DNA of 64,000 nucleotides from Thermoplasmata archaeon. Lineage in GTDB: Archaea; Thermoplasmatota; Thermoplasmata; Lutacidiplasmatales; UBA184. This document shows positions 30,588 through 39,104 of this stretch, one piece after another. Location of the stretch: assembly GCA_049584655.1 (NCBI GenBank), contig JBAUYF010000001.1, positions 7,290-71,289 of the forward strand, in the 5' to 3' direction. Every line of letters starts with the position of its first letter. The first letter of the stretch is position 1. A model generated the notes under the pieces. The model did no database searches. It saw only the letters and a program-made list of their open reading frames with translations, and was not told the DNA's origin. A program made the translations under genes and the position numbers.

Positions 30588-31157
30588 CTACGGCGAAAAT
30601 TCCTCGAGGCTCCACGACTTCGCGGGCCGCCCCCCCTGTTGAAAGCGCGCCCAGCCACGCAGATACGTCCAGCCGACTTTGGGAGGCAGTACTCCCGATT
30701 CCATGGCGTCTAAGAGATGGCGAAACTCCGCTCGGAGCGACTCATACGGATCGTTCTCGCCCGGCGCGATCGATGGGGCGGCCGGCCGTAAGATCTCGAT
30801 CGTTCCGCCGCGAACCAACCAGATCCCGACGCGGGCCGTCCGTTCGTTCCTCGGGTGAGCTAAGAGGCGCTGCCCGAGCGACTCCCGGGGCACCACCACC
30901 GCCGTCCAACTTCCCCATCCCCGACGCGCCACTGCTTGAGCCAAGACTCCCTTCCAATCGGCGAGCTTGAGCTCGATCAAGCCGACCTCCTCCCCCCGCC
31001 GGGCGACGACGTCGAAGTAGTCCGATCCATCCGGGTCGACCCACACGCGGTACCCGAGGGGCGCGAGGTATCGCTCGACCGGCACGGCGAGATCGGACTC
31101 TCGCGGTCGGCGTTTTTCGGTATCCGGAACCGGGGAGGTCGGGCCGGCCACTGTCAT
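30588..31157 (-). CDS. PD-(D/E)xK (Hjc/archaeal Holliday-junction-resolvase-like fold) nuclease-domain protein, translationally coupled to mutL
   Basis: VPVERYLAPLGYRVW...DYFDVVARRGEEVGLIELK supplies the E...D...ExK catalytic pattern. The ATG at 31157 overlaps the mutL stop (ATGA). About 100 extra C-terminal residues have no recognised domain. Confidence 0.55.
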   Translation of the reverse strand: MTVAGPTSPVPDTEKRRPRESDLAVPVERYLAPLGYRVWVDPDGSDYFDVVARRGEEVGLIELKLADWKGVLAQAVARRGWGSWTAVVVPRESLGQRLLAHPRNERTARVGIWLVRGGTIEILRPAAPSIAPGENDPYESLRAEFRHLLDAMESGVLPPKVGWTYLRGWARFQQGGRPAKSWSLEEFSP

Positions 31158-32929
31158 CCCCCACTGCGGAGAAACCATCGGTCGAGTCGGGCCCGGGTGA
31201 TCTGAACGCGAATGGGTCGGCCATGCGGACATGCGTAGTTTGCCTCGGGCAGTTCCTCGAGTTGTAGCAGGATCCGCTCCATTTGACGACGTTCGATCGA
31301 ATCACCAGCTCGTACGGCGGCGTGGCAGGCGATCGACGCTGCCCGCCGTTCTTGAATACCATTCGGTACTGAAGGTCGACCGCCGTTGGCGAGTTCGTCC
31401 AAGAGGGCAATCAGTGTCTCGGGAGGCGCCAGATGTCCGTGATGGACGGGCACAGATCGAATGCGATAGGCATCCGCGGCGAACCGGTCCACTTCGTACC
31501 CGGCCTCATCGACCGTCGTCTCCATCTGCTGGAGAAGCTGCGCTTGCCGAGCCGTGAGATGTAGCGTCACCGGGCTGAGCAGCTCCTGACGTGCGAGCCG
31601 CCCATGGGCGAGGATCGAGTCGAACAGGAGACGCTCACTCGCGGCATGTTGATCGATCAGGACGAGCCCTTCCGCCCCTTCTGCGATCCAATACAATCGA
31701 AACAGGACTCCTTGCAAAACGAGCGCAGATTGGGACCCGCGCTGCCGGATCGCGCTGGGCGGCCCCTCGTCAAACAGACGACGTTGGCTCGCGTGTCCGG
31801 AGTCGAATCGGATTGGTAACGGCACGACCGGGTCGTAGGCGGAGAGCGCTCCCAAGTTCCGATGACTGCCGACGGCCTCCGGCGACGGCAACGATTCCGG
31901 AAGCTCCGAGACCATCGGAGTCCCTTGGAGGGCCCGCCGGGCTTCTTGCCGCAGAGCGTCCGCAATCTCGCGTTCCCGCACAATCCGAACCTCGCGCTTT
32001 GTCGGGTGGACGTTGACGTCCAAACGCTCGAGGTCGAGCTCGAGATGCACGACGCCGGTGGGGAAGCGTGTCCGGGGAATGTACCCTTGATAGGCGACCT
32101 TGATCGCCTGGGCCAGGACCCGACTGAACACCGAACGGCCGTTCATCGCAAAGTAAAGGCCCGACGCACTTCCCCGTGCCGCCGCAGGCCGGCCGAGCAC
32201 CCCCCGAACGTAGCCGCTCGTCGGAAGCTCGGCGGCCAACGGAAACGATTGGGCGGGGAAGTCTGCCCCGAACACGTGGGCGCTCGCCTCGAGCAGGGAG
32301 GTGGTGGCCGGGTAGCGGGCGACCACGCGCCCCTCGGCTTCGACCGAAAGCCCTACCTCCGGTCGCGCCAGGTAGAGGCGCTCCACAGTGGAGAGAATCT
32401 CGACCTGCTCGGCCGCTGGCGCATGCATAAACTTCCTCCGGGCGGGTGTGTTGAAAAAGAGGTCGTGCACCCGAACGGTGGTTCCGACTGGATGACCTTC
32501 CACCAGCTCCCTTCCCTCGACGCCGCCGAGCAGCGTGCGCCCGTGGGCGCGATCGGACTCCGGAGGACGAGAGACGAGCTCGAGGCGCGAAATCGCGCCG
32601 ATCGCGGCAAGTGCTTCGCCGCGAAAACCGAGCGTGCCGATTCTATGGATGGGCCCCCCGGGATCCAACTTGCTCGTCGCGTGGCGCTCGAGGGCCAGCC
32701 CCAGTTCGTCCCGCGGAATTCCGGTTCCGTTATCGGTGACCTCAATGCGTGTCAGCCCACCGGTAGTCAGACGGACCCAGATCGAGGTTGCTCCCGCGTC
32801 GACCGCGTTCTCTACCAATTCTTTCACGACGGAGGCCGGTCGCTCGACGACCTCGCCGGCGGCGATGCGTGCCACGAGATCGGGAGCGAGTCGTTGGACG
32901 GGCCGGCGTTCCACGGGCGCGGCGGTCAA
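31154..32929 (-). CDS. mutL: DNA mismatch repair protein MutL (endonuclease-proficient type)
   Basis: GHKL ATPase N-terminus (IAAGEVVERPASVVKELVENAVDAG, DNGTGI). C-terminal endonuclease motifs DQHAASERLLFD and ACPHGRP. The TTG start overlaps the mutS stop. Confidence 0.93.
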   Translation of the reverse strand: MTAAPVERRPVQRLAPDLVARIAAGEVVERPASVVKELVENAVDAGATSIWVRLTTGGLTRIEVTDNGTGIPRDELGLALERHATSKLDPGGPIHRIGTLGFRGEALAAIGAISRLELVSRPPESDRAHGRTLLGGVEGRELVEGHPVGTTVRVHDLFFNTPARRKFMHAPAAEQVEILSTVERLYLARPEVGLSVEAEGRVVARYPATTSLLEASAHVFGADFPAQSFPLAAELPTSGYVRGVLGRPAAARGSASGLYFAMNGRSVFSRVLAQAIKVAYQGYIPRTRFPTGVVHLELDLERLDVNVHPTKREVRIVREREIADALRQEARRALQGTPMVSELPESLPSPEAVGSHRNLGALSAYDPVVPLPIRFDSGHASQRRLFDEGPPSAIRQRGSQSALVLQGVLFRLYWIAEGAEGLVLIDQHAASERLLFDSILAHGRLARQELLSPVTLHLTARQAQLLQQMETTVDEAGYEVDRFAADAYRIRSVPVHHGHLAPPETLIALLDELANGGRPSVPNGIQERRAASIACHAAVRAGDSIERRQMERILLQLEELPEANYACPHGRPIRVQITRARLDRWFLRSGG

Positions 32930-35556
32930 GGTCCCTCCGGCGGGGATTCGGCGCGTGCGCGCTGCTGAAGCTCGTGCAACCGGCGGAGTGCCTCGAGGGG
33001 AGTCAACCGGTCCAGATCGAGCGACCGGATCTCCGCTTCCAGTGCCGAAATCGAGGGAGCGCGGGCGTCCGCGAGGAGGATCGCTTGGGTGTAACGAGTC
33101 GGTCCCCGTGCCTTTCGCTTCGAGTCAGTCACGTTCACTCCGCCTTCCTCCAACCGACGGAGAAGCAGGTCCGCTTCTCGCACGACGGAAGGCGGCATCC
33201 CGGCGAGCCGCGCGACGTGAACGCCGTAGCTACGGTCGGTACTTCCGGGAACCACTTGATGAAGGAACACGATTCCCCCGTCTCGTTCTTCTACGGCCAG
33301 GTGAACGTTGCTCGCACCGCGCAGGTCCTCGATCAACTCCGTCAACGGATGGTAGTGCGTGGCGAGGACGCTGCGGCATTGCACCGTATCGTGTAGATAC
33401 CGAATCGTGGCCCACGCAAGCGCGAGACCGTCGAAAGTACTCGTTCCGCGTCCCACCTCATCCAGCAGGATTAGCGACTTGGGGTCTGCCGCGCGTAAGA
33501 TCTGGGCGACCTCCGACATTTCGACCATGAAACTCGACTTGCCTCGTCCGATCTCGTCGGTGAATCCCATCCGCGTGAACAACGAGGACACCACCCCGAT
33601 GCGTGCGAATTTCGCAGGGACGAACGAGCCTGCTTGGGCGAGGACCACGAGCAGTCCGACCTGTCGCATGAAAGTTGACTTGCCGGACATGTTCGGCCCG
33701 GTCAACACCAAGAGTCGGGCGTCGGCGGCGTCCATCTCGATGTCATTGGGGACGAAGCGTCCGCTCAACATCCGGTCGAGGATCGGGTGGCGTCCCTCTC
33801 GTATCACTAGTGCGGTCGAATCATCCACCGTCGGGCGCACCAGCCGCTGCTCCTGCGCCAATAGCGCGAAAGAGGCCAAGGCATCGACGATCCCGATCGC
33901 GCGCGCGACGCGGTGAATACGCGGGAGCTCCCGTTCGACCTCGGACAGAAACTGTTCCCAAAGTCCGGCTTCGGTCTCTCTCGCCTTCTCGCGCGAAGTC
34001 AAGATTTGGCGCTCGAGTTCACCGAGCCGATCGGAGGTAAACCGTTCCGCTCCAGCGAGGGTCTGCTTCCGACGAAAATCCGAGGGAGCTTTGTCCAGGT
34101 TCGGTCGCGAGATCTCGAAATAATAACCGAAGACCTGGTTGTAACCGATCTTCAGCGTCCGGATCCCGGTCCGCGCCTGCTCCGCGCGTTCAAGCGCCTC
34201 CAACTCGGCGAGCGCCGCGCGTTCCGTCTGCAAGATCTGGTCGAGTTCGGCGGCATGACCGGGCCGGAACAATCCGTGATCCTCGTCGGAGACGGGGAGC
34301 GTGTCGGGTAGCACCGTATTCAGTCGGTCCAAGAAGGACGCCGGCGGCACAGCCTCCTTGGCCAACCGATCGATCCAAGGGGTGGAAGGCCCATGCGTCA
34401 GCATTTCCCCGACGCGATTGGCTTCTCGGAGGCTCTCACGAAGCGTGCCGAGCTCAACGGGGCGAATCCGGCGGCCCGCGAGTCGGGCGCCGATCCGAGA
34501 GATATCGGCGACGCGACCCAAGGTAGTGCGAAGCACGAGGAGGTCGGCGCGGCGCTCGACCAGGGCTTGAACGGCACTCAATCGCTCCTCGATCCGCTCG
34601 ACTTCGGCGAGGGGATTCTGCAACCAAAAACGGAGAGTTCGCCGACCGGGAGCCGTGACGGTAGAATCCCACACATCCAGGAGGGTCGTTCCCTTCGGAT
34701 CGTCTGGGTTCATCGGGCGATTGATCTCGAGGTGGCGCAGCGTCTTCGCATCCAGGAGTTGGCGCTTTCCTAAAAGCCGGGAATCGACCGGCTCGAGGTA
34801 GGGCAAAAGACGCGGCTGGGTCGATCGGACGTAGGCAGCCAAACGCGAGCCGACGGCCGCGAGCGAGGCGGACAACGTCGGTATCGTCGAGAGCGAGATC
34901 GGAAGTTCCTCGACGGGTAGAGGTGCGGGAGCCGGTTCGAGTCGGGCGCGCGGAAATTCCTTGGCCAGCGTTCGCAACAGGCCGCCACCGGAGGATTCAC
35001 CCGATGGGACTGTCACGAGGATCTCACGGGGCTGGAACGGGGCGAGCGCCGTGACAATCCCTTCGACGCCCGTGCTCGCGGCGGTGCCATGAAACCACTC
35101 TCCCGTCGTAACATCGACGACGGCAAATGCACCGGGCGCTTCCGGAAGTATCTCCACGCAGGCGAGAAAATTATGGTCCGGTGTCCCCAGGATCCGGTCC
35201 TCGACGACGGTACCCGGTGTAACCACACGGGTGACCTCGCGCCGTACGAGGCCCTTGGCAAATCGCGCGTCCTCGACTTGATCGCAAAGGGCTACCTTGT
35301 ACCCCTTCCGCACCAGGCGCCCGAGATACGATTCGACTGCGTGGTGCGGAACCCCCGCCATCGGAGTACGTTGCCCCTGGGCGTCGGCCGAGCGCGCGGT
35401 GAGGACGACCTCCAGTTCGCGCGAGAGCAGCTTCGCGTCCTCGCCGAACGTCTCGTAGAAATCGCCCACGCGAAAGAGCACGAGGTGTCCCGGATAGCGG
35501 GCCTTCACCGCCTCGTATTGGTCCAACAGCGGCGTCGACACCGCGGGCGCACTCAT
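32926..35556 (-). CDS. mutS: DNA mismatch repair protein MutS
   Basis: TPLLDQYEAVKARYPGHLVLFRVGDFYETFGEDA, Walker A GPNMSGKSTFMRQ, DEVGRGTSTFDG. I set the start at the ATG at 35556 because the longer frame would run into the tRNA-Ser gene. Confidence 0.95.
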   Translation of the reverse strand: MSAPAVSTPLLDQYEAVKARYPGHLVLFRVGDFYETFGEDAKLLSRELEVVLTARSADAQGQRTPMAGVPHHAVESYLGRLVRKGYKVALCDQVEDARFAKGLVRREVTRVVTPGTVVEDRILGTPDHNFLACVEILPEAPGAFAVVDVTTGEWFHGTAASTGVEGIVTALAPFQPREILVTVPSGESSGGGLLRTLAKEFPRARLEPAPAPLPVEELPISLSTIPTLSASLAAVGSRLAAYVRSTQPRLLPYLEPVDSRLLGKRQLLDAKTLRHLEINRPMNPDDPKGTTLLDVWDSTVTAPGRRTLRFWLQNPLAEVERIEERLSAVQALVERRADLLVLRTTLGRVADISRIGARLAGRRIRPVELGTLRESLREANRVGEMLTHGPSTPWIDRLAKEAVPPASFLDRLNTVLPDTLPVSDEDHGLFRPGHAAELDQILQTERAALAELEALERAEQARTGIRTLKIGYNQVFGYYFEISRPNLDKAPSDFRRKQTLAGAERFTSDRLGELERQILTSREKARETEAGLWEQFLSEVERELPRIHRVARAIGIVDALASFALLAQEQRLVRPTVDDSTALVIREGRHPILDRMLSGRFVPNDIEMDAADARLLVLTGPNMSGKSTFMRQVGLLVVLAQAGSFVPAKFARIGVVSSLFTRMGFTDEIGRGKSSFMVEMSEVAQILRAADPKSLILLDEVGRGTSTFDGLALAWATIRYLHDTVQCRSVLATHYHPLTELIEDLRGASNVHLAVEERDGGIVFLHQVVPGSTDRSYGVHVARLAGMPPSVVREADLLLRRLEEGGVNVTDSKRKARGPTRYTQAILLADARAPSISALEAEIRSLDLDRLTPLEALRRLHELQQRARAESPPEGP

Positions 35557-35617
35557 TGGCCCCGGTGCGAGCGGCGGTCCCGATATAATCCCGCCGATGC
35601 GCCCGGGAATCGGGAGG

Positions 35618-35701
35618 CGCTGAGGGGGAGATTTGAACTCCCGTGGCGAAATCGCCACCAGCTTTCAAGGCTGGCGCCTTGCCGGGCTAGGCTACCTCAG
35701 C
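35618..35701 (-). tRNA. tRNA-Ser(UGA), no intron
   Basis: Minus strand: GCTGAGG-TA-GCCT-AGCCCGGCA-AGGC-G-CCAGC-CTTGAAA-GCTGG-long variable arm (TGGCGATTTCGCCAC)-GGGAG-TTCAAAT-CTCCC-CCTCAGC-G. Confidence 0.9.
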
Positions 35702-35773
35702 AACCCACGCGTCGAACACACCGCTTCGTGGAATAAACTCTCGTTCTGGGCCCGGCCAGCCCCTTCGTCGGAA

Positions 35774-35876
35774 TGCAGGTGCCGGGAGTTCCGCCCGGGC
35801 GACGTCCGTCGCCCGGAGTTTCGAACCCGGGTGGTCAGCTTGGAGGGCTGACATCCTACCACTAGATTACACCTGC
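35774..35876 (-). tRNA. tRNA-Gly(UCC) with a 32-nt T-loop intron and C at position 33
   Basis: Minus strand: GCAGGTG-TA-ATCT-AGTGGTA-GGAT-G-TCAGC-CCTCCAA-GCTGA-CCAC-CCGGG-TTCGA(A)-[about 32 nt forming hairpin CCGGGCG...CGCCCGG]-(C)T-CCCGG-CACCTGC-A. Confidence 0.75.
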
Positions 35877-35916
35877 ATCGGCTGGCCGGACATTCGCGGC
35901 CGACTGACTTCCGTGC

Positions 35917-36489
35917 CTAATGCTTTGCCCTCGATTTCGCCGAATGCGCGGCGGAGAGCTCCAGTAACGCGACTCGTTCCAGCACCAACGCTTCCCACGA
36001 AGACTCGGGAACGACGGAGCGATCGGCGGCGTCGATGCCCAGTCGGTCGAGGAGGGTCACATCCGGGGCTCGCGGGTAAGCTGCGGGGTCGGGTTCGAGT
36101 CCGAAGGCTTCGAGGATGGCGCTCGGCTCGCGGGGCTTCTCCATCACCACTACGAATCGTTCGGTTTGGTCCGAGAATCCCACCTTGCCCAGGGCGCGGG
36201 GAAGCTGGTCGTCCCCCGCGACGTAGAGGGCATACTCGGCGCTTCGGTCTCGGAGACGTTCTTCGCCGCGTGCTCGCGCTCGACCCAAATGGGCCCACGC
36301 CGAAAGCAGATGGCGTTCCCCGGCGATCCCGGCTGCATCAAAGAGTGCGACGAGCGACGGATCGGCGGCGTTCAACCGACGGAGCTCCTGGATTAGTTGG
36401 GGAGTCGTTGGAATCCCAGGTTGGGGTCGCCGGGCGCCAATGGCGAGGAGCGAACGCGTCTCGGCGGGAGGAAGCGGTGGAGGTGTCAT
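35917..36489 (-). CDS. cgi121: KEOPS complex subunit Cgi121-like
   Basis: LRRLNAADPSLVALFDAAGIAGERHLLSAWAHLGRA and the C-terminal EALVLERVALLEL resemble archaeal Cgi121 (compare the ...ILNAD... and ...ERVLEKIALIEL pattern). Confidence 0.55.
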   Translation of the reverse strand: MTPPPLPPAETRSLLAIGARRPQPGIPTTPQLIQELRRLNAADPSLVALFDAAGIAGERHLLSAWAHLGRARARGEERLRDRSAEYALYVAGDDQLPRALGKVGFSDQTERFVVVMEKPREPSAILEAFGLEPDPAAYPRAPDVTLLDRLGIDAADRSVVPESSWEALVLERVALLELSAAHSAKSRAKH

Positions 36490-36508
36490 TTCGTTCCGCG
36501 TTCGGCGA

Positions 36509-37222
36509 TCATTCTTTCATGAATCGGAGAAACTCGGCTCGGGAGCGAGGCTGCAAGACATAATTTTCCCGCTTCTCGCGTCCGATCGTAGAGGTGGGAG
36601 TAGGGCCATAGTCGTGGCCCGGCAGGACCACCAACGCATCGTCAAGTTTGAGGATCCTGCCCATCAGACTGTCGTACAATGCAGAGGGGTCTCCGCCGGG
36701 GAGGTCCGTCCGACCACATTCGCCCACGAACAGCGTGTCCCCAGTCGCGAGCTGGCCCTCGAACAAGTAGAGGACACTATCGGGAGTATGACCCGGTGTA
36801 TGAATTACCTGGAAACGGATTCGGCCTGATTCGACCACGTCGCCGTCCCTGACCGAAAGGTCCTGATGCAACGGCGCGGACGCCTGGGCGACCACCTTCG
36901 CCGCGGTCCGCTCGCGGAGCTCCGCGTTGCCCGCCACATGGTCGCGGTGACTGTGCGTGTTCATGATGTACCGGACTTTCACGCGATGTTCGTCGATCGC
37001 GCGGAGCACGGGGTCGATCCCGAAGGATGGGTCGATCACGACGCCTTCTCCCCCCTCGGCGTTCGCCACCAGGTACGTGAAGTTGAGGTACGGTCCAATC
37101 TGATACTGTTCGAGGAGCACGGCCGGGACCAACGTCACCCGGTATTTGATGGAGGAGGACTGATTACGGCGACGTCGTCGCTTCAGCACCCTCGGGAGTG
37201 GATCGACCTCCCGTGACGGCAT
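36509..37222 (-). CDS. MBL-fold metallo-hydrolase (glyoxalase II-like)
   Basis: NTHSHRDHVAGN (the HxHxDH motif), then HTPGHTPDS and LPGHD. The in-frame GTG at 37138 would remove the 59-nt overlap with the upstream gene. Confidence 0.85.
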   Translation of the reverse strand: MPSREVDPLPRVLKRRRRRNQSSSIKYRVTLVPAVLLEQYQIGPYLNFTYLVANAEGGEGVVIDPSFGIDPVLRAIDEHRVKVRYIMNTHSHRDHVAGNAELRERTAAKVVAQASAPLHQDLSVRDGDVVESGRIRFQVIHTPGHTPDSVLYLFEGQLATGDTLFVGECGRTDLPGGDPSALYDSLMGRILKLDDALVVLPGHDYGPTPTSTIGREKRENYVLQPRSRAEFLRFMKE

Positions 37223-38090
37223 CCAGGACGACTCGCCCTTCCGTTCCCTCCGCGTACCAGAACGGCACGTGTAAGAGCGTCAACGCTCCGATGCGCACGT
37301 CTTCGGGACCGGGTGAGATTTTCCGAGTCTCAATGACGAGGGCTCCGCCGTGCTGTTCCGTATGATCGACGCTGACGGAGTGACGCCGTCGGAGCGTTTG
37401 TTCCGCGAGCAGGCGAGCCTGCGCTTCGTTCACCTGTGGTTCAAGACGTTGGTGAGGCTCGGCGAGTTCGTCCACCAATTCCCGATCGCCGGGCTCCCAG
37501 ACCTCGACCCGACGAGATAAGGCGTTCACTGCGACAAGGTGCTCGCTCGACGGCCCCGTTCCCCCGTGTGCCGCAGGACTTCGCACCCGATACCCGGCGA
37601 CGTAGAATGGTACGAGACGCAGCGTGATCCGAAATCCCTCGACCCCGGCGAGTTCTTCCGCCTCTTCGCGGCTCAATCGGGGGCGAACCGTGCGTACGCC
37701 TTCAGGAAAGAGCGCCGAGGGCGGATCGAGCGCGCTCGGAACGCCCACTTCCTCCACGAGAACACCCATAGGACCGACGGCGGACGGAAGGAGAAGTTCC
37801 CCCAACGCCGGACCCAAAGTACTCGGATCGAGGATCTCCATGTTCCGCTCCGCCGCCAAGGAACGGGCGACCGCCCCCGGCTCCTCGGCATAGACGATCG
37901 ATCGGTGGACCACATCAGCGGGAAAGATGCTCTCCAAGTCTGCCGGCGAACGCAAGGAACGTACCACAACCACCGCTCGCCGGTCGCGCATCCGGACTGC
38001 CAGCAAGCCGTCCGCATGGTCCGTAAGGCGGTAGCCGGCCGCTTCGAATAGTCGGCGCAAGATGGAGGGAGTACCCTCGCCGTGCGCCAT
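37164..38090 (-). CDS. Hypothetical protein (N-terminal region weakly restriction-endonuclease/Mrr-like)
   Basis: Coding-like composition, and SILRRLFEAAGYRLTD...LLAVRMRDRRAVVVVRS resembles the Mrr_cat beta-sheet core. I preferred the start at M24 (38090) so that space remains for divergent promoters. Confidence 0.45.
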   Translation of the reverse strand: MAHGEGTPSILRRLFEAAGYRLTDHADGLLAVRMRDRRAVVVVRSLRSPADLESIFPADVVHRSIVYAEEPGAVARSLAAERNMEILDPSTLGPALGELLLPSAVGPMGVLVEEVGVPSALDPPSALFPEGVRTVRPRLSREEAEELAGVEGFRITLRLVPFYVAGYRVRSPAAHGGTGPSSEHLVAVNALSRRVEVWEPGDRELVDELAEPHQRLEPQVNEAQARLLAEQTLRRRHSVSVDHTEQHGGALVIETRKISPGPEDVRIGALTLLHVPFWYAEGTEGRVVLDAVTGGRSTPEGAEATTSP

Positions 38091-38186
38091 CGGTCTTGTC
38101 CATGGGGGACCCCCATATTTCGCTTCTGTCGGAACGGTGGACCAGGCGAGCCCCGCCACCGTAACCCTGATGATTCCTCGAGCGAC

Positions 38187-39008
38187 GTGGGCGCCGTGCC
38201 ACGGTATTGGGTCGGCTGCTCCGGATGGGGCTACGACGATTGGGTCGGTCCGTTCTACCCACCGGGGACCCCGGCGGGAGATTACCTACGGCGCTATGCC
38301 CGCGTCTTTCCCCTGGTGGAGGTCGATTCCAGCTTCTATCGTCCGCCGTCTCCCTTTCTCATCCGCCGTTGGATTTCGGTCACCCCGGAGGGATTTCGAT
38401 TTACGCTCAAGGCGCCACAGGATCTCACGCACGGCCCGGCCGGCCCCAAGAGCACCGCGGCGCTCCAAACATTCTTGGAAGGATTGCCCATGGTTCATGC
38501 GGCAGAAAAGCTGGGAGCGGTCGTCCTTCAGTTCCCGGCGTCGTTTCGCCGGGACCGAACTCCCGATCGACTTGCTGAACTATTGAACGCGATTCCCGTC
38601 GAGTATCCTCTGGCCGTAGAACTCCGACACGCCTCGTGGTGGACCGACGCGACCCGACGTGAGTTGGAAGGGCGATCTGCCGCCCTGGTCTGGTCCGTGA
38701 TCCCGCATGCCGAGCCTCCGGCATGGGTCACGGCTCCCTTCTTGTACGCGCGATTCGTCGGAGATCGCGCCCTTACGAAATTTGATCACGTCCAACGGGA
38801 TAAGCGGGCCGAGATGGAATCCTTGCGGGACCGATTCGAAAACGAGGGTCGATCGGCCCTGACCGTATACGCGCTCGTCAACAATCATTACATGGGATTT
38901 GGACCGGGGAGCGCGCAGGTACTGCAGGAAGTCCTGGGTTTGGTACCGTCCGACCTCGCGAACGCGGCACGCGATGTGCAGCAGCGCTCCCTCGACGCGT
39001 CCGTGTGA
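38187..39008 (+). CDS. DUF72 (UPF0759) family protein
   Basis: YWVGCSGWGYDDWVGPFYPPGTPAGDYLRRYARVFPLVEVDSSFYRPP is the DUF72 N-terminal signature. The ORF opens at 38082, but a GTG at 38187 or 38196 gives the normal family N-terminus. Confidence 0.8.
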   Translation: MGAVPRYWVGCSGWGYDDWVGPFYPPGTPAGDYLRRYARVFPLVEVDSSFYRPPSPFLIRRWISVTPEGFRFTLKAPQDLTHGPAGPKSTAALQTFLEGLPMVHAAEKLGAVVLQFPASFRRDRTPDRLAELLNAIPVEYPLAVELRHASWWTDATRRELEGRSAALVWSVIPHAEPPAWVTAPFLYARFVGDRALTKFDHVQRDKRAEMESLRDRFENEGRSALTVYALVNNHYMGFGPGSAQVLQEVLGLVPSDLANAARDVQQRSLDASV

Positions 39009-39067
39009 GGGACCGGATCGTTCCGGGCCGTCCCCCAGTCTGAGTCGTCCCCCTCTCGAGGACAAGC

Positions 39068-39074
39068 TATTTAT
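39068..39074 (+). promoter_or_regulatory. TATA-like box (TATTTAT) upstream of cdc48
   Basis: AT-rich heptamer about 34 nt upstream of the ATG at 39105. Confidence 0.35.
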
Positions 39075-39104
39075 CGAAACCACAGGTCCAAGGGACTGTA
39101 ATCG

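Noticed and set aside
31862-33530. Plus-strand ORFs of 368 aa and 331 aa (31862-32968, 32535-33530)
   Set aside because: Antisense to mutL and mutS, with arginine- and proline-rich translations.
35557-35916. The idea that the two tRNA genes mark the edge of an integrated element carrying mutSL
   Set aside because: There is no integrase, and I spotted no duplicated tRNA 3' half downstream. I kept it only as a low-interest hypothesis under findings.
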